From: Patescibacteria group bacterium UBA1388
GTDB taxonomy: Bacteria; Patescibacteriota; Microgenomatia; UBA1400; PJMF01
NCBI GenBank assembly: GCA_002305355.1
Contig: DBQS01000014.1
Location: 4,720 to 68,719, forward strand
DNA: 64,000 nt
Direction: 5' to 3'
In this document: positions 1 through 8,353 of the stretch, piece by piece
How the letters are laid out: each line of letters opens with the position of its first letter
Position numbering within the stretch: position 1 is the first letter of the stretch
Position numbers and translations under genes: made by a program
The notes under the pieces: model-generated
The model's database searches: none
What the model was told of the DNA's origin: nothing
Seen by the model: the letters and a program-made list of their open reading frames with translations, nothing else

Positions 1-441
1 ATTGGTGTTTGGGGCAATATTTTGTTGAACCTCAACCAAAGGTGTAGGTTGCTCTTCTGTTAGTGGCGTTGCTGAAGCTTCAATCTGTGCTGGCAAGTCA
101 AACGTTTCAAGCAAACCGCTTTCAGACTTCCTAACGCCAATGTTCCTGCTCTCACAAGTTGGATAAGCACTAATCCACTCAACCGTATTTTGCTTGCATT
201 GGACAAAATTGCTTTCCTGCTCACTTCCACATAAGAGATTAACAATGTCTTGTTTCTCTGCCTCAGTAGGCTGCCTAACTTGGCATGGTATCCCTGTGTA
301 TCCCAATTGCTCGCCATTGTATGGAGCCATCCAACCTTGCTTCACACCCATGTCTTGAGCAATGCCCCAATTGTTGGCAAAAGCGGGCTGAACTGCAAAA
401 ATAAAAAAGACAAATAATGCTACAGACAGTTTTGATTTCAT
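1..441 (-). CDS. Secreted hypothetical protein, 3' end beyond window edge (N-terminal signal peptide [22 protein letters not shown])
   Basis: Hand translation of the minus strand from ATG at 441-439 gives an open frame with no stop through to position 1. It is absent from the ORF track, probably because it runs off the edge. It has a hydrophobic signal peptide followed by a Cys-containing mature region. Confidence 0.45.
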   Translation of the reverse strand, partial: MKSKLSVALFVFFIFAVQPAFANNWGIAQDMGVKQGWMAPYNGEQLGYTGIPCQVRQPTEAEKQDIVNLLCGSEQESNFVQCKQNTVEWISAYPTCESRNIGVRKSESGLLETFDLPAQIEASATPLTEEQPTPLVEVQQNIAPNTN

Positions 442-704
442 AATTGTTCCTCTGAGGACTGATTGCCTCCACTCATAAAAGCTACCACACTACTATCCAC
501 AATCACGTCTTCTCTATAAACATCACGTTTTAGGTAAAGTGTTTCTAGTTGTGTGCAACGGCTCAACGCCACATACGTCTGACCATGAGCAAAAGCACCA
601 TCACCGAGGTCAATCACTACGCTGCTATACGTCTGTCCTTGTGACTTGTGGATAGTAATTGCCCAAGCTAACCGCAGCGGGAACTGGCGAAACGTGCTAA
701 CCAC
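438..704 (-). pseudogene. C-terminal fragment of a superfamily-1 helicase (RecD/Pif1-like UvrD_C_2 motifs), N-terminal part missing
   Basis: Translation '[20 protein letters not shown]...[12 protein letters not shown]' matches the conserved C-terminal helicase motif of RecD/Pif1/TraA-like SF1 helicases. At 88 aa it cannot be a functional helicase. Confidence 0.5.
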
Positions 705-743
705 GTCTTCTTCAACTTTCTGCTCCTCACGGTTGTAGTAGTA

Positions 744-1113
744 ACTAATTTTGCTCCAAGTTTCAGGCTAATCACTAAAGATAAGTTTGAGGAAATTCGT
801 AAAAAAGCTGAAAAAAATGAAGATGAATTAACACAAAAACTTGCCAATCTTGAAAAAGCTAATCGTGAGTACTATATCACTGTTTCAAGCCTGGTAGAGA
901 TTGCTTCTCGCTCGGCTAATATCTTCTCTCGTTCTAAACCTCATGAAAAAAGAGCTCTTTTGAATTTGGTACTTCAGAACGTAGTCTTAGATGGTGAAAA
1001 GGTGCGATATAAAGCCAAATTCCCATTCTCAATCGTTCTAAAATACGCACCGAGTTCAAATTGGCTCGAGAAATGGTATGAATTCGGAAAAGTTGATTGG
1101 GTCAGCGAGCTGT
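744..1113 (+). pseudogene. Start-less coding remnant (about 123 codons open, no initiation codon), unknown family
   Basis: The plus-strand frame stays open from the stop at 741-743 to TAG at 1111-1113 and contains no ATG, GTG or TTG start. The peptide (…LANLEKANREYYITVSSLVEIASRSANIF…) is coiled-coil-like. Position next to the helicase fragment and the IS element suggests a disrupted gene. Confidence 0.3.
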
Positions 1114-1205
1114 AGTATCCGGAGTGGACCACCAAAGAAGTGAATAGATTCCTGCAGCTGACCTGCTCCCCTAATAATAAACACAGACTGTAAAATAGCA
1201 GTCGT

Positions 1206-1469
1206 GTGAAAGGGGGGAAAATGGCAGGAATTTCAGGAGAAGTGAAAGCCGAGATATTGGCTAAAGTCAAATCTGGACAAAAAGTTTCAGAGTTAGCCAA
1301 ACAATATGGGGTCAGTGACAAAACAATATACAATTGGCTACGTGGCCAGATAACAGAGCAAGTAAGCTACCGAGAATATAAGCGGGTGATGAAAGAAAAT
1401 GAGGACTTGAAGAATATTCTAGGAGTACTCACACTCGAGTTGGAGAAGGCAAAAAAAAAGAAAAGATGA
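1206..1469 (+). CDS. IS3-family transposase OrfA (helix-turn-helix)
   Basis: 87-aa ORF with HTH 'VSELAKQYGVSDKTIYNWLR' and a leucine-zipper-like C-terminus typical of IS3/IS150 OrfA. The slippery A-run lies at its 3' end. Confidence 0.75.
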   Translation: MKGGKMAGISGEVKAEILAKVKSGQKVSELAKQYGVSDKTIYNWLRGQITEQVSYREYKRVMKENEDLKNILGVLTLELEKAKKKKR

Positions 1470-2319
1470 ATTTGTCACCGAAGTACTTAAAAAACATCCT
1501 CAAACCAGCAAAAAGTTGTTATCCAAGAGCTTAACAATTTCTCGTCGAGGAATATACCAGAAGCGTACTGCAAGGCTAAACAAAGACGCCATTCTCAAGG
1601 AATAAATCTTGGCAGTTTTGGCAGAGCATCCCAGCTATGGCTACCGAAGGATTGCTTTGGCACTTGGTATGGGCGAAAAGTGAATACGCAGATGTATGAA
1701 GCTGTATGAAATCAAGCCATACAAGAGAAAAGCGCGGTGGAGAAAAAGACGGGATGAAAGAAGAAAACCAGCTCCATTCCAAAACCAGATTAAGAACCAG
1801 TTTCCCATTGTACCCAACCATACTTGGGTGGGAGACTTCACTTACTTGCCTTTCAAGGGAAAATTCTTGTACTTAGCCACTTTCATGGACTTGTTCACCA
1901 GAGAAATTGTGGGTTGGCAGGTTTCTCGTAAACACGACAAAAATCTGGTGGCACAGGCCTTCTTTGATGGACTGGTTAACAGAGATTTCCAAAAACCACA
2001 CTACATCCACACCGACCAAGGAGCAGAATATACCAGCCAAAACTATACCAAATTAGTCCAAGATTTTGGCGTTACCGTTTCCATTAGTACCAAGTCTTCT
2101 CCTTGGGAAAATGGCTACCAAGAATCTTTTTACAACAACTTTAAAACAGACCTAGGTCTTGAGTTTGACCGCTTCGATGACGAAGGACATTTCCTAGAGG
2201 CTATTCAACACACACTGTACGAATACAACCACAAAAGAATTCACTCCACACTTAAAATGCCACCCTCCAGATTTCACGCCGAGTATTTACACTCCGTGTG
2301 CACAAAAAGGGGTGCTTGA
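1466..2319 (+). pseudogene. IS3-family transposase OrfB (integrase catalytic core), interrupted by additional stops and frameshifts
   Basis: The integrase-core motifs (WVGDFTYL, HTDQGAEYTS, SPWENGYQESFYNNFK) lie in 1696-2319. The upstream OrfB N-terminal pieces are in two other frames, separated by stops at about 1603 and 1682. One programmed -1 frameshift is expected, so the extra breaks indicate decay. Confidence 0.65.
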
Positions 2320-2383
2320 CAAGGAAGGTTTTAGTCAGAGATTTCGAATGATATTTTCCCCTTGAGCTTGCTATACTAAACTT

Positions 2384-3202
2384 ATGTTGTGGCCGTGGAT
2401 GTTGTTGACTGGTTTATTTTTGTTTTTGCTTGGTGCCGCCATGGGTAGCTTTTTAAACGTGATTATTTATCGGACTAATAAAAAAGAAAGCTGGGTGCGG
2501 GGTCGGTCTTATTGTGAAAGTTGCGGCAAACAAATTGCTTGGTATGACAACATTCCCCTCCTCTCCTATGCAATCCTCCGGGGCAAGTGCCGCCACTGCC
2601 GGAAAAAAATTGACATTGCTCACCCAGCGGTTGAACTCTTAACCGGAATTTTATTTGTTTGGTGGTACTTTGCCATCTTCATGTTTTTCAAACTGACTCA
2701 ACAGCCGTTTGTGGTGTTACAACCGGTTTTTTGGTTAAGCGTAGGCATGATTTTATTGGTAATTTTTATAATTGATCTGAGGTTGATGATTATTCCAGAC
2801 ACTTTAACAGTAGCTCTGCTGGTAATTGTTTTACTTTACCGGGTTGGGTTGGTCACTGCTGGTATCATGCAAGTACCAGACTTTGGGATGGCAATGCTGA
2901 CAATGATTGGGGCGACCGCTTTTTTCTTTGGGATTTGGTTGCTCACGCGGGGAAGGGGTATGGGTTTTGGCGATGTCAAACTGGCAGCGCCGCTCGGGTT
3001 ACTGCTGGGCTGGCCCGCCGCCATCGTGTGGCTGTTCTCGGCTTTCATTATTGGCGGTGTGGTGGGTGTTGGTTTGCTGTGTGCTAAAAAGGCCAAGATG
3101 AAACAAGCTGTGCCGTTTGGCCCTTTTTTGATCTTGGGTACTTTGATTGCTTTAATTTGGGGCAACAAAATTTTCAGTTGGTACGTGGGGTTAATTATCT
3201 AG
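2384..3202 (+). CDS. pilD: Type IV prepilin leader peptidase / N-methyltransferase (A24 family)
   Basis: The N-terminus 'GSFLNVIIYR…RSYCESCGKQIAWYDNIPLLSYAILRGKCRHCRKKI' is the PilD tetracysteine motif, followed by the polytopic membrane domain with conserved Asp residues. Confidence 0.9.
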   Translation: MLWPWMLLTGLFLFLLGAAMGSFLNVIIYRTNKKESWVRGRSYCESCGKQIAWYDNIPLLSYAILRGKCRHCRKKIDIAHPAVELLTGILFVWWYFAIFMFFKLTQQPFVVLQPVFWLSVGMILLVIFIIDLRLMIIPDTLTVALLVIVLLYRVGLVTAGIMQVPDFGMAMLTMIGATAFFFGIWLLTRGRGMGFGDVKLAAPLGLLLGWPAAIVWLFSAFIIGGVVGVGLLCAKKAKMKQAVPFGPFLILGTLIALIWGNKIFSWYVGLII

Positions 3203-3354
3203 CTGTTGTTTTTCAAATTTCAAGTAATTATTAAGTTGCGATCGTTCTTCTTTTGCACTAATTTTCAAACGTCAAATTTTAGTCATGGATTGGTTCTACA
3301 CTTTATTAAAGGTTGATCAACTATGATGCTCACACGTGGGCCTGCGCTGGTGCG

Positions 3355-3406
3355 AGACTACATCTGATAAATTTGGTCTACGGGTTCGAGTCCCGTCGGT
3401 CCACCA
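3355..3406 (+). other. tRNA/tmRNA-like 3' terminal fragment: hairpin, T-arm (ACGGG-TTCGAGT-CCCGT), acceptor 3' strand and encoded CCA
   Basis: A canonical T-arm lies at 3380-3396 with 'GGTTCGAGTCC', followed by 'CGGTCCACCA' ending at 3406. A 6-bp hairpin (agacta/tggtct) lies immediately upstream. No convincing D-arm or anticodon arm was found. A possible 5' acceptor partner 'ggattgg' sits at 3288-3294, which would make a non-canonical 119-nt molecule. Confidence 0.3.
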
Positions 3407-3508
3407 AAATTGAACTGAGTATGAACTGAGTATTAACAATCGGCGATATTTTGATAGAATGAGATCCATCAGATGTGGTCGTTATGAAACACTAGCGAGA
3501 CCAACATC

Positions 3509-3536
3509 AAATCCCGCTTTACAGCGGGATTTTTTG
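3509..3536 (+). terminator. Rho-independent terminator (aaATCCCGC-ttta-caGCGGGAT-TTTTT)
   Basis: A perfect 7-bp GC-rich stem is followed by a T5 run, read directly from the sequence, about 100 nt downstream of the tRNA-like CCA end. Confidence 0.6.
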
Positions 3537-3666
3537 TGCTTTTTCTTCCATGATCGATAAGCTTGTTTATACAGTTCATGTCAGCTTGGCGAGTTATATT
3601 GCAAGCATGAAGGGGTGTAGTTTTCTTGTCATAAGTAATACCAGCTTAAAAGCAATATAATTTATA

Positions 3667-3972
3667 TTGAAAAATATACATATTATGATAAGATTGAAGC
3701 ACGTTAGTTTTGAGTGGAATGTGAATAAGAATTTAGAAAACCAACTCAAACATGGGGTTTCATTTGAGGAGGCGCAGTGGGCTTTTACCGACATCAACCG
3801 CGTGATCATAGAAGACTTGGATCACAGCACATCAGAAAGACGCTACTTTTGCTTAGGCAAAGTGGCACGAGGTATTTTAACAGTGCGCTTTACCTATCGA
3901 GCAAACACTATCCGGATTTATGGTGCGGGATACTGGCGAAAAGGAAGGAGACGATATGAAGATGAGCAATAA
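3667..3972 (+). CDS. brnT: BrnT-family ribonuclease toxin (DUF497)
   Basis: 'FEWNVNKNLENQLKHGVSFEEAQWAFTD…LDHSTSERRYFCLGKVARGILTVRFTYRANTIRIYGA' matches the BrnT signature (FEWDxxKxxxNxxKHGVxFEEA…SxxExR…GxxxxxxLxVVYTxR…IRIISAR). The ORF overlaps the downstream antitoxin start. Confidence 0.75.
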   Translation: MKNIHIMIRLKHVSFEWNVNKNLENQLKHGVSFEEAQWAFTDINRVIIEDLDHSTSERRYFCLGKVARGILTVRFTYRANTIRIYGAGYWRKGRRRYEDEQ

Positions 3973-4195
3973 ACAAATTACATATCAAAATGAACCGATG
4001 CAGATGGGCAAGCGGACTAAGGATTTTCTACCTCGTCCTGAAGAATTAGTTTTCAGACCCAAGGGAGTAAAAGTGACGATTACCATGAGCGAAGACAGCA
4101 TCAACTATTTCAAAGATCAAGCCGGGTTGTTGAAAACCCCTTATCAGCGCATGATTCGTAATTTAATTGATGAGTACGTCCGCCAAATGCGCTAG
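3956..4195 (+). CDS. brnA: BrnA-family antitoxin (RHH/CopG-like)
   Basis: A small ORF follows brnT with a 17-nt overlap. The predicted start is ATG at 3956 (MKMSNKQ…). The C-terminal '…MSEDSINYFKDQAGLLKTPYQRMIRNLIDEYVRQ' is typical of BrnA. Confidence 0.65.
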   Translation: MKMSNKQITYQNEPMQMGKRTKDFLPRPEELVFRPKGVKVTITMSEDSINYFKDQAGLLKTPYQRMIRNLIDEYVRQMR

Positions 4196-4262
4196 TTTTC
4201 TGAAACTGTAGTGCGATTATGTTCTTGAGTAGCCAGAGAAATGTGTTTATACTTAAAAAAGT

Positions 4263-5252
4263 ATGAGATTTATCTCTTCTTTTTTGATGTTGTCTGCCCT
4301 CCTCTTGGTGGTGATTATCTCAGGGTTTTTGTTGGTGCGTGAGTACTTTTTATACCAGGGTGTCAAAGAATTTAAGCGTTCGGTGGTGACTCTCAATCAA
4401 GAAGGTCAGACTGCAGTGGCTGAGTGTAATCAGCGAGCAGAAAGTGTTGCAGTAAGTAGTGGCATTAATGACACTATTTTGCAATTACGTTTTACATCAA
4501 ATAAGGACTATGTTTTGGAAGTGATTTGTGCTGAGTTTGCGTTTGATCCGATTGAGATTGGCAGCTATAGTTTAAATCCATACATCACTAAAAAACCAGG
4601 CACATCTGGTATTGTTTTGAATCAAGGCCTGAGCGCCGTGGAATTGGCAGTCTTTGAGGACATTGCTAAGGAGATTGGGGAATTATTAGATCTAGATTTG
4701 CAATTTTTAGTTAAAACTCAAATTGTGGGGGTAGAAAATTCCTTTGTGACCGAAATCATCGTCGATGATGACCTGGGGGTTGGTCCTCTTACCTCCTGTG
4801 AGGGTTATGGCTTTAAGTGTTGTGACCCGGTGGCGGAAATTGGTATTGGGGAAAAGATGGAAAATGTTCAGGGGTGTGAGAGCGGTTGCTTCCAAGCTTG
4901 TACCACCCGACCGGCAGTAGTGTCTTTTACTTCCAATCCTTTTTTTGATGTAGCTACCCGCCAGGTGCGCGTGCAACCAGGAGAAATCATTGATTTTAAT
5001 TATGTGGTTGATCCTGGTAAAAACCAGCTGACAGCGGTTTCCATAGACTTTGGTGATGGTAAGACTGAGCAATTAGTGACTGATACTGGGGCAGTGAGTC
5101 ACGCCTATACTTGCGCCACCAGTGGCTGCACTTATACCGCCAGCGTGCAAGCGGTGGATGAAATGGATAACACTTCGGTTGCTACTTCAATTAGTCAATT
5201 AACGATTGTGGTGGGTATGCCTGCTCCAGAGGCAGAAGTGACGATTAATTAA
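4263..5252 (+). CDS. Membrane-anchored Cys-rich extracellular protein with C-terminal PKD-like domain
   Basis: It has an N-terminal signal anchor (MRFISSFLMLSALLLVVIISGFLLV). The C-terminus 'FNYVVDPGKNQLTAVSIDFGDGKTEQLVTDTGAVSHAYTC…YTASVQAVDEMDNTS' resembles the PKD domain pattern (DFGDG…HxY…). The gene sits at the head of the pilin cluster. Confidence 0.5.
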   Translation: MRFISSFLMLSALLLVVIISGFLLVREYFLYQGVKEFKRSVVTLNQEGQTAVAECNQRAESVAVSSGINDTILQLRFTSNKDYVLEVICAEFAFDPIEIGSYSLNPYITKKPGTSGIVLNQGLSAVELAVFEDIAKEIGELLDLDLQFLVKTQIVGVENSFVTEIIVDDDLGVGPLTSCEGYGFKCCDPVAEIGIGEKMENVQGCESGCFQACTTRPAVVSFTSNPFFDVATRQVRVQPGEIIDFNYVVDPGKNQLTAVSIDFGDGKTEQLVTDTGAVSHAYTCATSGCTYTASVQAVDEMDNTSVATSISQLTIVVGMPAPEAEVTIN

Positions 5253-5255
5253 AAT

Positions 5256-5762
5256 ATGTTAAAACGTCAATATCAGCAATTGCTACTCCCCTCCTCTAAT
5301 GGTAGCTGGCATTCTCAAGATGGCTGGACGTTAATTGAGCTCTTAACCGTCGTGGCGATTATTTCACTATTATCGATTGGTATCATGATGATCGTCTCTA
5401 CCCAACTTGGCCGTGCCCGCGACGCCACTCGCATTGCCGATTTGAAAGATACCCAGGTGTATTTGGAGAAGTACAGCATTGATCATGGGGCGCGGTATCC
5501 CATTTATCACAATAATGCCACCAAGGCACAAAATTTTCTTGATATGGCTGCAGTTTTGGCTAGCCAATACAATGAGTACGACGGATCAACGCGTGATCCG
5601 AAAAATTTACAGTATACATATCTTTCCTCGGGCGACGGAACAACCTACTGCATGTGCGCCGAGTTTGAAAGGCATGGGGAAAAAGCGAATTCTAATTCAA
5701 CGTGTGACTTTACAGTCTCAGAACAAGATGCAACTCACTATTGCCTAGTCAATAAACAATAG
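5256..5762 (+). CDS. Type IV pilin-like protein with atypical 23-aa leader and Trp at +1 (…SQDG|WTLIELLTVVAIISLL)
   Basis: It has the class III signal: a G|xTLIELL hydrophobic N-terminal helix with Glu at +5. The Cys pair near the C-terminus (CMCAEF…STC) is typical of a pilin D-region. Confidence 0.7.
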   Translation: MLKRQYQQLLLPSSNGSWHSQDGWTLIELLTVVAIISLLSIGIMMIVSTQLGRARDATRIADLKDTQVYLEKYSIDHGARYPIYHNNATKAQNFLDMAAVLASQYNEYDGSTRDPKNLQYTYLSSGDGTTYCMCAEFERHGEKANSNSTCDFTVSEQDATHYCLVNKQ

Positions 5763-5768
5763 GTTAAG

Positions 5769-6212
5769 ATGGAGGCAAGTTTACGAAAGATTCATATGAA
5801 GATATTTTCTCGATTTAATAAAAAAGGTTTTACATTAATTGAACTGTTGGCCGTGATCGCGATTATCGCTATCTTGGCGGCGATGGGCTTGGTGGCATAC
5901 AGTAGCGCGCAAGCAAGTGCAAGGGATGCCAAGAGAATTGGTGATATGAAGGTACTTCAGAATGCTTTCGAGCAGTATGCCGCAGATCATCAGGGTGCAT
6001 ACGCTAGTTGCGAAACAATGTGGAGTGATGCGCAAACTACAGTTCAACCCACAACGGATACACAGGGCGATAGTTATACCTGCACCGGAAATGCAACTTC
6101 ATACTGTGCTTGCTCATCAGTTCTTGAAACGGTGAGTAAGGCGAACTCAGGTGCTGCATGCAATTGGACTGCAGCATCACTTGATCGGTATTGTGTGGGA
6201 AGCTTACAGTAG
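5769..6212 (+). CDS. Type IV pilin (prepilin; NKKG|FTLIELLAVIAIIAILAA)
   Basis: It has the canonical prepilin N-terminus with Glu+5 and C-terminal cysteines. An AGGT RBS precedes the ATG at 5769. Confidence 0.8.
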   Translation: MEASLRKIHMKIFSRFNKKGFTLIELLAVIAIIAILAAMGLVAYSSAQASARDAKRIGDMKVLQNAFEQYAADHQGAYASCETMWSDAQTTVQPTTDTQGDSYTCTGNATSYCACSSVLETVSKANSGAACNWTAASLDRYCVGSLQ

Positions 6213-6235
6213 CATAATTTATATATTAGGAATAT

Positions 6236-6658
6236 ATGGATAGAAAGAATTTTTTTTCGCAAGGATTCACTTTAATCGAATTACTAGTCGTCATTGCCAT
6301 CATCGCAATTCTAGCCGCTCTTGGTCTAGTCGCCTACTCTTCTGCCCAACGAAGTGCGCGGGATGCACAAAGAATGAGTACTGTTCGCGATATGGCGGCG
6401 GCCATGGAACAAGTCAAAGTGGAAACCGGAGATTATCCTACTTATATACCAAGCAATGGTGGATCCATCAGCGAAGGTACTGTTGAGTACGTGGTGCCAA
6501 CAGATCCTTCAAATCTTTCGGTTCTCAATAATAAGGTTGATGAGTTATGGTGTATATATTATGAGTTAGAACAAAATACAAAAGGAAATTGCGGAGGGTG
6601 TTCTGGAACTGACATAGATACTGGCACGGGCTTTGCTTGTGTAAGTAATAGACTCTAG
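6236..6658 (+). CDS. Type IV pilin (prepilin; FSQG|FTLIELLVVIAIIAILAA)
   Basis: It has the canonical prepilin N-terminus. It is a close paralog of the 5769 gene in the first 50 residues, with Cys residues near the C-terminus. Confidence 0.8.
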   Translation: MDRKNFFSQGFTLIELLVVIAIIAILAALGLVAYSSAQRSARDAQRMSTVRDMAAAMEQVKVETGDYPTYIPSNGGSISEGTVEYVVPTDPSNLSVLNNKVDELWCIYYELEQNTKGNCGGCSGTDIDTGTGFACVSNRL

Positions 6659-6665
6659 GAATTAT

Positions 6666-7121
6666 ATGAACTGGAAAAATCAAAAAAGAAACAACGGTTT
6701 TACCTTGGTGGAGTTGTTAGTGGTGATGACCATTATTGTGGTTTTGGCTTCCGTGGGGTTAGTGAGTTATCGCAATGCTAGCATCACAGCAAGAGATGCC
6801 AAGAGAAAAGCAGATATCGAGGCAGTGAGACAAGCGCTAGTTCTGTATAAACAGGAAAATACGTTATACCCTCAGCCTAGTGAAACAGATCAGTTTCTGC
6901 GATTTACTAGTGTAGTTGGTACTTTAGTGAATAATGGATTTCTTTCAGCTCCAGGTCCAAGCGATCCAACGAGATATGCATATACAAGGAAAGATTCTGG
7001 TCAAGGATTTTGTGTTTGCGCTACCCTAGAGGGAACTAATAACAAAGGTAATGCAACTACCTCTAGTGGTAACTGTACTATTACTGGATCTGGCAATTTT
7101 TACTGCGCGAAGAATCCTTAA
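6666..7121 (+). CDS. Type IV pilin (prepilin; RNNG|FTLVELLVVMTIIVVLAS)
   Basis: It has the canonical prepilin N-terminus with Glu+5 and C-terminal cysteines. Confidence 0.8.
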   Translation: MNWKNQKRNNGFTLVELLVVMTIIVVLASVGLVSYRNASITARDAKRKADIEAVRQALVLYKQENTLYPQPSETDQFLRFTSVVGTLVNNGFLSAPGPSDPTRYAYTRKDSGQGFCVCATLEGTNNKGNATTSSGNCTITGSGNFYCAKNP

Positions 7122-7125
7122 TTTC

Positions 7126-7656
7126 ATGCATGCAATGCCCAAAATTCAACTTCCCTACTTCAAACAAACAGGCTTCACCCTAATTGAATTGTTAGTAGTG
7201 GTGGCGATTACTTCGATTGTGGTGGGTGGCTCCATAGCTGGGTTTACTACTTTTGCCAAAAAGCAGGAAGTTTTGACTGCGACGCAAGAAGTGCGGCAAT
7301 TGTTTGTGAGTGCTAAAACCAAGGCTCAGGTTCAAGAAACACCGGCAGCATGTGATGGGGATACCGCAGGCGAAAAGCCATTACAGGGTTATCAGGTAGT
7401 AAAAACAGGGTCAGTGATAAAAATACAGCCTTTGTGCGGAGACACTATTGATGCAGCAATTGTTCCAGCCTCTCCCGGAACGCATCCCTCTTTTACAATT
7501 CCAACGGGTGTTGATGTGAGCATGAATACTATCAAATTTTTCACACTGAATAATGGAGTATTTCCTGCATCCGGTCAAATAATTACAGTTTCGGGAAATA
7601 CAAAAACTTACACTTTTACGATCAGTACAGGAGGGGCAATATCGGATGTTCAATAA
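7126..7656 (+). CDS. Minor pilin / pseudopilin (KQTG|FTLIELLVVVAITSIVVGG)
   Basis: It has a prepilin N-terminus. The start is assigned to ATG 7126 just after the upstream stop (7119-7121), because the track's longer ORF overlaps the previous gene. Confidence 0.7.
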   Translation: MHAMPKIQLPYFKQTGFTLIELLVVVAITSIVVGGSIAGFTTFAKKQEVLTATQEVRQLFVSAKTKAQVQETPAACDGDTAGEKPLQGYQVVKTGSVIKIQPLCGDTIDAAIVPASPGTHPSFTIPTGVDVSMNTIKFFTLNNGVFPASGQIITVSGNTKTYTFTISTGGAISDVQ

Positions 7657-8086
7657 AACCAAAACAGCTGGTTTTACCCTGGTAGAAGTGCTGGTAGCAG
7701 TGGTGATTGTGGCGTTAGTGCTGACCGCCATTGCAGCGGCACTTTCATTCTCAGTCAAAAATAGCGCTCAGGCAGATTACAGGCAAGTGGCCACTAGATA
7801 TGCGCAAGACGCGATTGATATTATTAGGCAAAAGCGGGCAACTGATGGGTGGAACAGTTTTTATTCCACATATTTGCCACCAAGTGGACAAAGTAGATGC
7901 CTTCAAAGCAATGGCACATTAACACCCACTCCTTGTGCAGCCTGGAATACTAACGGCACAAACTATACGAGGGTAATTAAAGTGGACAAGACAACTGGTA
8001 CAGCGACCATCACTGTCACTGTGTCTTGGCAAGATGGCTCAGCCACGCGGGATGTAGAAGTCGTCCAAAAATTGTTTGATTATTAG
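7646..8086 (+). CDS. Minor pilin / pseudopilin (GspI/PilV-like; MFNKTKTAG|FTLVEVLVAVVIVAL)
   Basis: It has a short 9-aa leader and a G|FTLVE motif. It overlaps the upstream gene by 11 nt, which suggests translational coupling. Confidence 0.75.
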   Translation: MFNKTKTAGFTLVEVLVAVVIVALVLTAIAAALSFSVKNSAQADYRQVATRYAQDAIDIIRQKRATDGWNSFYSTYLPPSGQSRCLQSNGTLTPTPCAAWNTNGTNYTRVIKVDKTTGTATITVTVSWQDGSATRDVEVVQKLFDY

Positions 8087-8353
8087 ATTACTTCTCTCCC
8101 CTACCCGCACAAAATTTCCACTCAGCTATGTTTACTAATGGTCATCGACTAAGCAAAAATCAGCGGAAATGTGCATTTTATCCCGCCTTGGCGGAAAAAG
8201 CCGATCGTGAAATCGGGGATATAGGCCAAGAAAAGCCACGGCAGAATTCCGCCAAAAAAGCCACAAACCCCAACCGCAAGGTTGTGGGAGTGGCTTCATT
8301 TACAACTTGAAACCCAGAGCTCAAGCTAGTCTGCAAATCGATGGGGAGGTTAA

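Larger units (their letters stand above)
1150..2370 (+). mobile_element. IS3-family insertion sequence, degraded (orfA intact, orfB broken into three frames)
   Basis: OrfA with HTH (…SELAKQYGVSDKTIYNWLRG…) ends on the A-rich slippery run 'aaaaaaaaagaaaag' at 1451-1465. Downstream frames encode the IS3 OrfB N-terminus (…ISRRGIYQKRTARL…, …HPSYGYRRIALAL…) and the DDE integrase core (…WVGDFTYL…HTDQGAEYTS…). Imperfect terminal repeats sit near 1187-1201 (tgaaaggggggaaaa) and 2349-2366 (rc aaggggaaaatat). The boundaries are approximate. Confidence 0.7.

Noticed and set aside
2836-3168. ORFs 2836..3168 (-) and 2907..3101 (+) inside pilD
   Set aside because: They lie antisense or in an alternate frame within a well-supported pilD CDS. 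They are Pro/Ala-rich translations typical of GC-skewed artefacts.
3203-3406. Full-length tmRNA (ssrA) call for the region ending in T-arm + CCA
   Set aside because: The interval is only about 200 nt before pilD's stop. There is no GGGG-type 5' acceptor with a D-loop analog, no recognisable tag reading frame with a resume codon, and no pseudoknot series. It is retained only as a 3' fragment.
3594-3809. ORF 3594..3809 (-) antisense to brnT
   Set aside because: It overlaps the well-supported BrnT gene on the opposite strand. It is hydrophobic nonsense translation of AT-rich sequence.
8128-8310. ORF 8128..8310 (+) in the convergent pilin spacer
   Set aside because: It is a basic low-complexity peptide in a terminator-containing spacer. 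It has no RBS and overlaps the hairpin.
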